Source of the DNA: Klebsormidium nitens
Lineage: Eukaryota > Plantae > Klebsormidiophyceae
Direction of reading: 5' to 3'
Assembly: GCA_000708835.1 (NCBI GenBank)
Contig: DF237315.1
Span: 8,213 to 72,212 of the forward strand
DNA: 64,000 nt
Shown: in pieces, positions 52,738 through 64,000 of the stretch
Position numbering within the stretch: the first letter of the stretch is position 1
How the letters are laid out: each line of letters starts with the position of its first letter
Position numbers and translations under genes: made by a program
The notes under the pieces: generated by a model
The model's input: only the letters and a program-made list of their open reading frames with translations
What the model was told of the DNA's origin: nothing
The model's database searches: none

Positions 52738-53719
52738 GATAGACTCGATTGAAACCCAATAGGAGGTTCTACTCTGCCAGTCTTTCTCGAAGAGAGTCTT
52801 GCTTGGTTGCACTTCATCGACCGACTTACTAGAGCAAGTCAAGTGTGCGGGTGCTTTAAAGTTGTGATGGCAAATCTTGGGCCCATCGTGATTGGCTTGA
52901 TGTACCGTATATTCGGTCGTCAGTGTATACGCTTTAGACAACTTATGATGCGCCCACCTACCATACAAGGCCGAGGATATAACTTAAGCTCATGGCCTGT
53001 CGACGACCTCTGCATGCCTCATCAGTAGCTGCTTTCAGTACGTGAGCTTACGGGCTCAAGTGCATTGCAAATGCACATGACCGTCTTAACACGCATATGT
53101 ATATATTCTAGATGCCACGATGTGCATTGCATATAACTGCCACTTACATAGAGCTAAGCTACAATTATGCTCGACCGTCATAACATATGTGCAACTTTTG
53201 AATTATGCACTGAATGCATTGATTGATGCATATTTACCCACCGCGCTAGACTCGATCACATCCATGCGTATCTCGCGTATGATCTGAGCTTCACCTCACG
53301 ATGACCTTGCATGCTCCGATGTTAGACATAATAGCATGCAATGCGGTGCATGTCGAGCCTTACATACAAGCACGTAGCCGAGCATGTGCACATGCCCGGC
53401 AGCGCCCCTGCCGCTTCCACGATTGTGTCCAAAATAAAGCCAACATAACCACCATTGCAGATAAACTGTGGCCATGAATTAAACCTCAACATTGAGATTG
53501 GATGACCGGCGAACTGAAATAATTGGAACGTCAACTAAAGATATTACTAAATAGCACAAGCATTTCATCGTATGTGGGACGCGTCCATTAATTGCAAGCC
53601 ACTCAACACACTAGAGCCCCAGATTCGCTTGCAACATATAAGATCAAGCTGACCATCTCCCCTTCCTTCTACAATGCGTTGCTCGATTTGGAAGCGGCTG
53701 TGACGAATATGAGCTGGAG

Positions 53720-54060
53720 CAGGTGTGGCCCACCGCCTGCCCCGCACAGCGCGGCTACGTGTCACCCAAAGGATATCAAAGTTGGGCCTTCATTCCAAAG
53801 GTGCTGGTACCCTTAGCCTTCTTCATCCTCTGGTTCGAATTAAAGGGACTGGGAGGCTCGTCAATAGTACCCATGTACAAGCAATCCAGCGACGTTCGTC
53901 GGCGCCTCCGCTACAGGGTTGCCGTCGAGCTCTTCGACTTGAGCTTTCAGCTTCAGCCAGATTGCGCCTTCCGCGGATAGCCCCCCCGGATCATGAGAGC
54001 GGCTATCGCAACGACGATCACCACCACATCTTAGGTGATCTCAACCCAAGTGAACTGTGC
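53720..54060 (+). other. Degenerate coding-like segment duplicated at ~62930-63230
   Basis: Shared strings cc(c/t)atgtaca(a/g)gcaatcca(g/a)cgacgtt, agcccccc, aggtgatctc(a/g)accca(a/g)gtga; peptide LVP.AF.I....G.GG....PMY.QS.DV..RL.YRV in both copies. Confidence 0.6.
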
Positions 54061-55208
54061 TTCGTTCGGTAGTTGGCTGCTATGTTACGCCGCTGCATAA
54101 CGAAAAACATTTATGGGGTCAGAAGCAATTAAAAGACTTCACACATGGGATTTGTTTGCCTCGTCCTTTACTTGGGTGTTGCACGAAAAAGTCTGAACAC
54201 AGACTGCGGCAGCGGTGCGGATCCACGAATTGTTCCGAAAATGAATAACCATCACAGTGGCCGCAACAGCTCGAGAGCAACGCACAAAGGCAATTGTCCG
54301 GTGACAACCTCCATTTCGATGCTACAGCGATTCGAAGTTGGCATCCTTCTGAAGCCTGATAACAACAATTCAGTCGACGGAATTTGAGTGCAAGGAATCA
54401 GCGTTTGAGGACACTTCAAATAATCTATTGCAGCAAACAACTGCGCGTTTCGGTCAGGACTACGGCAAGGGAAACTCGAGCAAGTGCATTGTCAAGAGTC
54501 GTGAAAACAGGGATGAGCTTATTCTGACCGGAGGATCTTTCGAGGAAACGGTTCTCAATCGGACGTATTGTAACAGGCTATGCTGGCCAGGGTCCAATCG
54601 ATGCGCGCTGATTATGATCTCTCTCCCTCGTCTAGAAAATGCATCCGTCAAGCACTTTCAAGCGACTGATCAGGTGATGGGGTGCCTAAGGTAAGAAGCA
54701 TGCAAGATTTCCTTCCCGTACCTGACCTTTCATCACTTTTGTCCGGACGGCCTCGCCCGAAACTTTGAAGCCCATATAGAATAATCGAATGAAGCTTGCG
54801 AAAAGACGCTGATTCAGCATCGAACTGCGAGCTTTCGTGCCTTCAAAAAGCTAAACCATTGGCAAACAAAAGCGAACCCCTGTCCCGCTTATCTTGAAGC
54901 GGTCGTATCTCGGGTCCACCATTGAGAACTCTCACGAAGCCCACGATACCTCTTCACACCCCCCCTACGACACGAACAAACCTTCTCCAAAACCCCTCTT
55001 ACGTTTCAGTAACCCCGTAGAAAGTCTCTCAGCCTGTAAATCAAGATTCCGCAGTGATATTCAGCCCTCGCAGACGTCAACTCCATCCTGAAGAACGCCC
55101 CTCAAACCCATCCAAAGCCCCCTCGATAACCCTACAATACCCTGTCAGAACCCTTTCGGACACGTCATGAACCTGCCTAGCCAGTGGGAAACGCGACTTT
55201 TTTCCCAC

Positions 55209-55389
55209 CTGTAAATTCCAGCCCTCGTAGACATTCGTGTCCATCCGCGGGTGGTGCGTGCGTGCGCTGATCACGTGCTCCGCCCGGGAATCCAGGACGA
55301 TGACGTCAGCACGGGAGCCGGGCGCCAAGACGCCTTTCCGGGGTAACAAAATGAAGGCCTGCGCGCTGCGCGACGGGTGAGACGCAGAG
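55209..55389 (-). pseudogene. Orphan exon of dihydropyrimidinase (PYD2-like cyclic amidohydrolase)
   Basis: PRKGVLAPGSRADVIVLDSRAEHVISARTHHPRMDTNVYEGWNLQ|gtggg resembles the C-terminal PRKG.I..GSDADI...H.S..D.NVYEG motif. The conserved Asp of GSDAD is replaced; no other exons were found nearby. Confidence 0.75.
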
Positions 55390-56094
55390 CTGTCAGTACC
55401 TGTGTCGCTTCGTCTTTTGTATCCTCTTCTCGTGCTTCGGTCTTAACTATTTTCTTGTTGGCCAAATGAAGTTGAGAAGCAACCTACCGCTGACTGCCGA
55501 GGAGCTGCAAAGAGAACAGGTGCCAATGCAGGATGCTAGTCGCTGCTGACTTGGGTGGCACCTCACACCGACTCATTCTGAGTTCCGCAAACCCATTCGA
55601 CTTTGTGATTGGAGCTGCGTCCTGAATGCGATTTAAGGGCGGGAGTCACAACTCTGTATCTTGCGATTATTTTTCGCTTTAAGGTCGATTACTAGGGGAA
55701 TGACCAGTGACAGGCGTCAGGCGGTCTTAGTGCCGCTTCACTCATCGTCGTTTTGGAAAGCTCCAGCTTGGACAAAAGTGAGTTACGTGGACGTTCTCGT
55801 GTCTCATTCCAAGACGTGTGCCTAGATTGCCCCCAAAGTGGGGTTGCTACGAGAATCATGGTCACGTTCTTTCGAGTAAGCAACTCTTGAAGCGCCATGC
55901 TTTATTGTGTCGACGTTCCTTTCCGCCCTGCCACAGACGGATGCCTAATGACCGCCAAGACGGCTGTGAACAAACACCAAACTAGCAGTGCGGGCGGATT
56001 TCTAAACGGTGCCATGTGGACCCTACATGTCAGACGGACTCAAGACTGACAAGTCAGACAGAATAGGACCTGCAAGTCAGAGGATCAAAATTAC

Positions 56095-56197
56095 AGCGGA
56101 ATAGTCACAATCGAAGCCCGCATACTCGTTGAAAGGGTTCCCTAGGTCGAAGCCCCGGTTGTTGTACATGCCGTACTCGAAGTCGATCAGAGCTTGC
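56095..56197 (-). pseudogene. Orphan exon of choline/ethanolamine kinase
   Basis: After acceptor ttccag the minus strand reads LIDFEYGMYNNRGFDLGNPFNEYAGFDCDYS, matching IDFEYG.YN.RGFDIGNHFNEYAG.DCDYS. There is a frameshift just after the acceptor and an H-to-P change. Not in the ORF track. Confidence 0.8.
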
Positions 56198-56580
56198 CTG
56201 GAACCACAGATTACACGTGCGTCAGAAAGGGTGACCGTTCCGTTGAGGTTATAAGGCGGTTCTGGACCCTAACCCCTTCCGTTCTCAGTACATCTGGTCC
56301 TTTCAATCTCTTTTCTCCTTAAATCGACCCGCCAACACCCTCATAAGCCTGATTCAATACTGAGAGCCGGGCCATTTGATCGTAGGCACTAGAAGAAGCG
56401 GGGCATATAAAAGGATGGAGCGGATAAAGGTTGCCCTGTCAAACACTAACGCCATCAAAAAACTTAAAAGCAAGCGGCGTGTCTGCTAGGTGGCTCTTCG
56501 GCCGTTCACGCAACCTGACAGAGCAGGAATCACCAATCGGAATGCAGAAAGTGGACGGAGTGCAAACTCAGACGCTGGAT

Positions 56581-56885
56581 GAGACTTTCCCGCTGACCTG
56601 TCCTAGTGCCGTACGAGTGACCCGTTCAATGAAAAGCTTCTCGTCAACTGCCGCCCAAAACAGCACCAATCTTCAACACATACCAGGGGAACTTAAAGAA
56701 GATCGCCCGCTGACCTGTTTTAGTTTTCGCCTGAAAAGTTGCCCGACAGCAGGTCCTCTCGTAAGATGAACTTCTCAGCAGCAGAACTTACCGACTTTCC
56801 AGGGACACTTTGGAGGGAAAGAGATTGCTCCGCTGACCTGTTTTTGCTGTCGCACATAAAGTTGTGCGGACAGCAGGTCGTTGTG
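56581..56885. repeat. Degenerate ~120-bp tandem repeat
   Basis: ccgctgacctgt at ~56590, ~56707 and ~56830; gacagcaggtc at ~56745 and ~56868. Confidence 0.65.
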
Positions 56886-57149
56886 GCTGAAGACCACCGG
56901 CAAGGCGAGCTCGCCGCAGGTCGCTGAAGAATCACTGAAGCAAGGGGGATCGGAGACGAGCGTTAGAAATGAAGAGAATCACTGAAGCAATGGCGAGAGG
57001 CTTAAAGACGATTGTCTAGGCGTTCTTGCAATGCCTCATTCCAAATCGAAGGGGCGGCGCGAGATAGGGGTCCCTAAATCTGCGAAGCGAAATGATCGAG
57101 GCATCAGAGTCCGGCAGATGGTAGGTTCGAAGTTGAGGCATGTGTTCGC

Positions 57150-57440
57150 GTCTATAGCACACATCCGTCCAACGCATAAGTACAGCGGATTGGAAAGAGC
57201 AGGTCAAAATCCGTAACTTTGTCGCACATACCCGTCAGGCGCGGAAGCACAGAACGGAAGGTCGATGCTTTTTGAGTGCGTAGCACACTTCCGTCGGAAT
57301 GGTGATCACAGCATTTTAAAAAAAACAGAAGGTCAATAGTGTGTAACTATGTAGCACATTTCCGTTGGAATCCTAAGTACAGCGGATTTGAAACCAGAAG
57401 ATCGATCTTCGTCACCTAGTAGCACACTTCAGTCGGATTC
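57150..57440. repeat. Degenerate ~65-bp minisatellite
   Basis: (t/g)(a/c)gcaca(c/t)(a/t)tccgt core recurs at ~57154, 57222, 57281, 57352 and 57420, with agtacagcggatt and aggtc in between. Confidence 0.7.
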
Positions 57441-59059
57441 GTGAGCCCAGCAAATTTGAGCAGCAGGACAATTGACCGCCTCTTTGCCCGCGCCTATTTG
57501 TTGCTTGCCTATCCTTTCCCTCTTCCTTCCGTTCCAGATTTGCTCGTCAACCAAAAAATCAGGGATTATGCATCTCCGCACGAGGGATGCTAAGCTCGTC
57601 AAAAAATCATGCTTCGGGAGGGCTGCCAACTTGGCAAGTCAAAGAGGAGGACACAAAAGGAGAGAGCGCAGAGTATGACTCGCTCTTACCTTTAACTCTT
57701 TGATCTGTCCCTTCAATTTTGCAACGCCTGCGGCTTTGAAAGACGCAAAGCCTGCGGCTTCGAAAGAGGCCTGGTTCCTGGGGTCGTCAAACCGAGACGG
57801 TCGCAGCTGAAAACAGGTAGACAGCAGACTAGATCAGCAAATGGGTCCAGGTTTGATTGGAGTCATTGCAACTAGTGCTTTGTTCTAATATTCTGACCAG
57901 GATTCGAAGAACCGTAAGGACAATTCGCAAGTTTGGAAAAGACGAAACAGTTCCTGTTATTACGCCCTCGCTACGGTTCTTACTGAGAGCTGCGCGAGTT
58001 TCTCAGCTACAGAAGAGAGCATCTATTTCACCTTACGGTTTCAAATGTACACAAAGCCTTTCAACAACTTTCTTTCTGCAACTTCTGCGCCCCGTTGCAC
58101 TGAAACCAGCGGACCAGATTCTGTTTGCTTCCTAAGTTCTCCTTGAATCATCAAAATGCAGAAAAGAAGCATAAGGGAGATGGGCGCAGCTGACTGGCCC
58201 CACTCTCCTTATCTACAAGGCTAGACAGGTCAGACTCAACGCATTTGACAATCCAAGAACGTCTGAAATGATGCTAAGGTCGTACCCCTGTGCCTCTCCG
58301 CACTACTTGCGCCCCCCAGCTTGCCACAAAACAAGTATCCATTTCCTCACCCATGTGCTTTTAGAAACTGTAGCTTTCAAAAACAAAGGTCTGAGCTTTT
58401 GAAGCGCCCAACTCATCATGAAACCACTCAACAATATCCCATGTCAAATATTCGAGACCTGTAACTCTTGATTGAAGCAAGATTGCCTTACAGGGGCAAA
58501 AAGAAGCGACTTGCCGGGTCAACCCCAATGGATCCCGGCCATGAGACCACGATGCGAAGCCCTGCCACTACCCGCAGCAGCTCGGCAATCTGCATCAACC
58601 TGAAAGCAGCGGCAAAAGGTCTGATAAGTGCTTCTGAGAAGTAATGCTGGCCGCTGATGCTATAAGCTGCCTCGATATTCAAAAGCCCAATGTTTACTAA
58701 CTGATGCTTCATGACAGTGCCCCAATCCTGGTCAATTTGTTCCGCACTGATGTTAAGTACGCGGCCCTGCTGCTCATACAATTTACACTGGGGTATACAC
58801 GATTGCCAAAAGGATCTGACTTATGCATCATTCGCTTCATTGCTGATCCTTGAAAAGACTCCACTAATCACGCTGACACCTGAGAGCTGGGGCAGTAGAC
58901 GGGCTAAACTGGGAACGACAGGCAGATTGGTCGCTCCATTTCAACTTTCTGCAACAGCGATAACTTTTGACCTTGTAACCGGAGCAGCCAACAAAGTTTG
59001 TGCAGCTGGCGGCCCTATTTTATATATATGGAAAGTACAGCAAAGGTTGCACCACCCAC

Positions 59060-59330
59060 CATCGGCCGGGAGTGCTTCAAAGTGCCATGGCATAACGCTC
59101 GCCCCTTTTCCTCCTTGCCCTCCTCTCCTGGCAATGTCATTGTGAGAACTAAAGCCCGCTTCTCGTCCTTTCTCTCTGCCGTCCCAAGCTCCAAGCCCTG
59201 TCCTAACCTGTTTTGATTCTATCCTTTGCGCTTGTAGCCAGCATTGTTGTTGAAGGGACTGCGAAAAATTGCACCATGCGCTGGCAGCATTCCGGACGGC
59301 TTCAACACTTTTGGACGATGTCCTAAGCAT
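59060..59330 (-). pseudogene. Degenerate copy of ABM-gene exon 1
   Basis: RLGQGLELGTAERKDEKRALVLTMTLPGEEGKEEKGRALCHGTLKHSRPM|gtgggt aligns with 49200-49340, including the donor and intron start. There is an in-frame TAG upstream and no downstream exons were seen. Confidence 0.8.
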
Positions 59331-59589
59331 GTGACTCGCAGTGTCATTGTGAGCGTGAGTCCTCCAAGACGTGGACTTTGTGCAGCACTGCGGTCACTGC
59401 ACTTTTGAAAGTTTCGTCCGCAGCTAAGGTAAAGAGATTCGCTAGGCAGGAGAGATGCACACATCTATCGATGCACAGAGCAGAAAAGACGCAAAATGGG
59501 TTGAGCAATGCAGCCCTCTTGAGCGCACGAGGGGTCCTCGCAATGCTGCAGCCTTTCAAAGGAGATTAGGTAGATTGACAGAGGCCGTG

Positions 59590-62010
59590 CCCTTAGCGGT
59601 GGTGGAAGCAAATTCGTAGACAACCACCTCCTCTTCTGCCCAGCGACTCGCCCAACGGGCAAGGCTTACTTAGAAGTTGCTCAGGCAAGCTCGCAGAGCA
59701 GTCTCAGACGCCCATTGCGTCGGAGCCGGCGGCGGCTGTAGTGGTCAAATGACAGGCATTTCGAACAGCCGCGGATCTTGGCCCCGACCTGCTCCAGCGC
59801 ATCTTTGTGAAACTGGGGCCGCACCCAAAGGACTTGGTCCCCTTGGGAGCTGTCAGTAAGCAGTGGCGTCAGGTTCTCGATGAAAGCACGTGGAAGGAGC
59901 TGTGCTTGAGGTATGCGGGGGGGCTGGTCGAGGACCTGGGGTACGGCCATGGTGCAGACGCCTCCTTCGGCGGAGGATGGGCCGGGTTATATAAATTGTT
60001 AGTGTACTGCCCAGGGTGTCACTTCCCGACATTTGAGCCTGTGCTGCAGTCGGACGCTTTGAGTCTGAACTACGAGTGGATGCATGGCAGGGGCCATGTG
60101 GAAACAGTTGAAAAGGGGTTTTGTAAGGGGAATGAAACGAACGAGGCCCTGCATCTGGCGACACCAGATGAGATTGTCATCTCGCGCCTGTGCTCACATA
60201 TCCAGGCGGTAGAAATGTGCGACATACATGACGAGTCGGCTCTTCCGATCCTGGCTTGCAGAGGCTTCGTGAAGCGCTTTGAGGGCTCAGAGCTTGCCAA
60301 GATGAGCGGGGCCGCCGCGCTTCTGAACCAGAGGAGGAAAGAATCCAAAGCTGAGGGGGCAGCCAGCTCTGATTCGAAGGAGCCCCAGGAGAAGCCACCG
60401 TGTCTTTACTGTGGCAGCCCGACGTTTGCCCTGCCTCGCCAGGCGTTTGACTCCCGCTTCTCAGACTACGACAATATGATGAGGGAGTCTGTCCATGAAG
60501 CTTACGAAAAGCTTGAACAGGGCCATTTCACGGATGAGGCGGACGATGACGAAAACGACTCGGTGTTTACTTTAGGGACGGGCTTTGTGTGCCTCACTGG
60601 CCACATTGTGCTTGGGATGGCGGGATACCCCAAGCTAGTTGAAAGCGTACTGCCGCAATCTGGAGAGAGTCTGAAGCTTCAGCGTCCGCAAGCGGTGGAC
60701 TTCTTGCTGAAATTTGTGGTTGGGGGTGACACTCTGGAACGCGAGGAGGGGCACGAATTCGTGCAAGGCTTGGGGTTAGATCAGCTGATTCAGATTGAGG
60801 CCCGGCTTGCGCGACTGAAGAAAGTCTGGCCGGTGGAGGAGAATAGGGAGTCTGAAAAGGAGAACGAGGGGCCTGCCGATGCAAACCAGGCCAAAAAAGA
60901 TCCTGAGAAATCCCTTGAGGACAATGAGGAGATTAGATACAAAACTTTTGGATACATGTATCTGAGAGGCGACTCTCTTGCGGGAATTGTAGATCTGCTA
61001 GGAGCAAGCGTGCCAGCCGATCTCTTGAAAGCCTTGCAGGATTTCGTTCTGACAGGGAGTACGAACCTTGCGGAGTGTGAGCGTTTGGTTTTAGAGGAGT
61101 TCGAAACCCAGAGGTGCAAGAAGGAGGAGGATAAGGCCCGTAGGTTCAAAAGTGCTGCGGCAGAGGAGGCGTTGCGTGAGGCAGGTTTTAAGCACCCCTT
61201 TCTGGATCTTCCAAGCAGCCTTTCGACTATGCTGAAGGCTTTTGTAGAAACGGGTTTTCCAAGCCTTGCAGAGTACGAACGGCTGATTTTGGAAGAGCGC
61301 GAAGTGCATCAGCAGCAAGAGGAGCGGAAGAAAGTTTTGGAACTTAGAAAGAACACAGTCTATCTGGCATTGCAGCAGGCTGGCTTTACCCCCCCAATGG
61401 TTCCGCACCCGCAGTCGCTGAGTGCTTACATCGGGGTGAGTGTGCCACTCATTCAGAATGTTGTTCTGAGTACCCTGTTTGTCGAACTCGAAGCAAGTAA
61501 CCTGGTTTCAAACTCGAAGCACAGGCCCGCACTGCTAAACGTGTTGATTGCAGCTTGCTAATTATGCAATTCAAGTTTGCGGTCGCTCTCGAAGTTGTCC
61601 TGCTGTTCAGATTGCATCCGAATCATTGCTACCTGCCTATCTTGGTCGTTCAGTGCCTTGCCTGAAGCAAGCATCTGAGTTGTTTGGACCGATGCTTGCT
61701 GCTTAACAAAGTAACCCAGCAGTAGTTGTCTATGGCTGACTAGACATGCACGTTTTTGCAGGATTCCAGTGCAATCACTTTGGAGGAGGTCGTTGCGCAG
61801 CAAAAGAGCGCGCAAGTGCAGAGCGTAAACGGAGTGGAGCTTGCTGCACCACGAACGAGTGCACAAGAGCAGAGCCACAAATGCGCAGTGGTCACAGACG
61901 GCAAAGGCTGTAAGCATCCGGCGGCTAAAGGGTGCTCCAATGGAGGGTGCGGGCCTTGCTGTCGTAAAGCTGCGGAACCCTGCCGGTTAGGAAAGCACAG
62001 GAAGACCTAG
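59590..62010 (+). pseudogene. EID1/EDL-like F-box, copy 4; disrupted 5' end, intact body and zinc-finger terminal exon (61762-62010)
   Basis: DLGPDLLQRIFVKLGP frame is open to donor GGG|gtgagt at 61435. Upstream there are frameshifts relative to copy 3 and an in-frame TGA at ~59748. The ORF-track start at 59807 is GTG. Confidence 0.65.
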
Positions 62011-64000
62011 GGTGAACTTCCTCATTTGCGCATCCTCTTGATAAGGGAATCCTCTAACCGTTTTTCATCAATTGACAGACCTGCCACAGGCTTCCCCTGA
62101 TCAAAGGAGTTATCGTTTGGCCGAAAACTTGACGTACTCGGGCCCCGACTTAAGTCAAGTGAACGGTTCTAATACCTCGATTGAGATGTAGACGGTATGC
62201 CGATCAAAAGCTGGTCCATTGACAGACGGTCACACAGCGACTGTACATGTATCATGATTACATTTGAAGCGCTTGTGCAAGTGAACTAGCATGCTGTGAT
62301 TCACACCATATAACTCAGGGCCGTCCTTGTGGATATCTTAAAGCCTGGGCCGCGCGGCGGTCCTTTGGCACATATGTGTGCCAGCACCGTGACATGTACC
62401 ATGAGCGGACGTGCGACGCGTGCCAATTATGATGCTCAAATATCTCGCGCGCTAGCTCGACAATTCATAAAATTGTAGTGCCGATTTGTCAAAACCTTAT
62501 AATGATGTGAATGATCGATCACTAGCTGGCTACACATGGTTACTAGAGCGCTCGATCGTAGTATATAAGTGCTCAGATCGTCAGTATGAATACTATGCTA
62601 CGTATATATTATACAGCCATATAGCTATACTGCCGCAATTGCAGAGGTGCTTCCAATTGCATACTGCAGCCACATCCGACCGACCGTGAAGTATGATCAC
62701 TCATTCACTGCCCTGCAGGGCATTGCATGCCTTATACCAACTTTAGGCGCGGCGGTATAGGTGGACTGCACTCATGTGCATAGTCGCACCGGTGGTCACT
62801 TACCGAAGGATGAAGATGCAATATTGTGGATTCACCATCCAAACCTCTTGACAATATGCGCGCATTCATTGGAAATTACATGGTGACTCGTCCAGCATCC
62901 AGTCGCGAGCCAGTCGAAAGAAGAGCCTTCAGGTTTGCTTGCGGCGGATACAAACGTCGGGCCTTCGCTACAAAGCTACAAAGAAGCTGGTGCCCTTCGC
63001 TTTCCTTATCCCCCGATCCAAAAGGGAGGGAATGGGGGGCCCGTCCTTTCATCCTATGTACAGGCAATCCAACGACGTTTGGCAACGCCTCCCCTACCGG
63101 GTGGGCCGTCGGGCTCAGCCTCCGCGAGAGCGCGCCTCCCGTAAACAGCCCCCCCGATTACGAGAGCTATTGCCACGATAATACCCCCGACGTTGAAGGT
63201 GATCTCGACCCAGGTGATCTTAGGCTTCCCTCTGTGCTATGTCCCGCCAAAGAAAGCCACTGCAGAACCGACGAGGAATTAAACGCCGCCACGAATACAG
63301 CGTCAAGGACCTGCCGGCCTCGTTTTAGTATGCCTGGAAATGTTGCAAAAATCTGCAGGATATGGACATCCGCAACAGTGCGCAGGCGCACCAAACGCGA
63401 CCTCGCAAGATACCCTACAGCCAAAGGAAAATCTCTCACGACATCCGTCCCAATCCTCCCCCCCGGACGATCCTACAGAGGCCTGAAAGAGACGGCCCGA
63501 CCTCCTTCGCTGCCATCTCAACCACGCAAAGTCCAATCTTCGAAGAAGCTCAGCAAACCCTGATCCTGGATTCGTTGAGCAGAGGGAAAAACGAAGGCGC
63601 CAGAACAGATCACATATGCGAAAAAGACACGGATTTGAAGCAGGTGGGGCGCCCATCGAACTTACTCAAAGGAAACACGAAAGACGAACTGAAACACACG
63701 ATGACGCCAACATCAATGTCGCCGGATTTAGAGTCTAGGCCATCAGCCGAGGGCCACATGTGACGTCCGCTCAAGGAAAGTTCACTTGCCGTCTTTGGGA
63801 AGAGGACGGCAGATCTCGGTGCGACAAGAAAGATTCCCTTTCAGCCATCCCTATTAGTTCTGATGAACCTCACAACGGTCACAGGTAGAGGCAAGACAGC
63901 TTTGTACCCAGCACGTGTTGACATGAAACAAGAATAGAACCGAATGACCGCGCCTTCACCTGTAGAGGGCCACGAAGATCTTCGGAAAATGCCTACGAGG

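Noticed and set aside
54715-54785. Minus-strand GFKVSGEAVRTKVMKGQV resembling an amidohydrolase C-terminal strand downstream of the PYD2 exon
   Set aside because: Redundant with the YEGWNLQ already in the exon, lacks a good acceptor, and is too short to support.

Overview
Intron-rich eukaryotic nuclear DNA. GC-rich exons, GT-AG introns and land-plant-like orthologues suggest a streptophyte green alga such as Klebsormidium (inference). There are no rRNA, tRNA or CRISPR features. The first 35 kb holds four multi-exon genes. (1) A large membrane-anchored proteinase-K-type subtilase carrying bacterial-type middle domains, four ADAMTS-type TSP1 repeats, EGF and Cys-rich repeats (1.9-12.5 kb, +). 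(2) An OBL1-like class-3 lipase (14.5-23.1 kb, +, ending at an N gap). (3) IMP4 (25.1-28.0 kb, -). (4) A KATNAL2-type AAA ATPase (31.4-34.5 kb, +). Many lipase and katanin introns contain diverged tandem repeats whose unit spans the adjacent splice site plus the exon edge, producing arrays of decoy acceptors and donors. From 35 to 64 kb lies a duplicated F-box cluster. It has four EID1/EDL-like F-box copies. Two are head-to-head with intronless F-box/LRR genes ending in a BRCT-like domain. The other two are head-to-head with a plastid ABM-fold gene or its pseudo-exon. The most striking signals are an in-frame histone H3 N-tail sequence (MARTKQTARKCSGG) at the front of EDL copy 3, a SHI/STY-type zinc finger as the terminal exon of copies 3 and 4, and orphan exons of dihydropyrimidinase and ethanolamine kinase lying about 0.7 kb apart, which resembles gene-fragment capture. 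All protein-family calls are from manual motif recognition; no searches were run.
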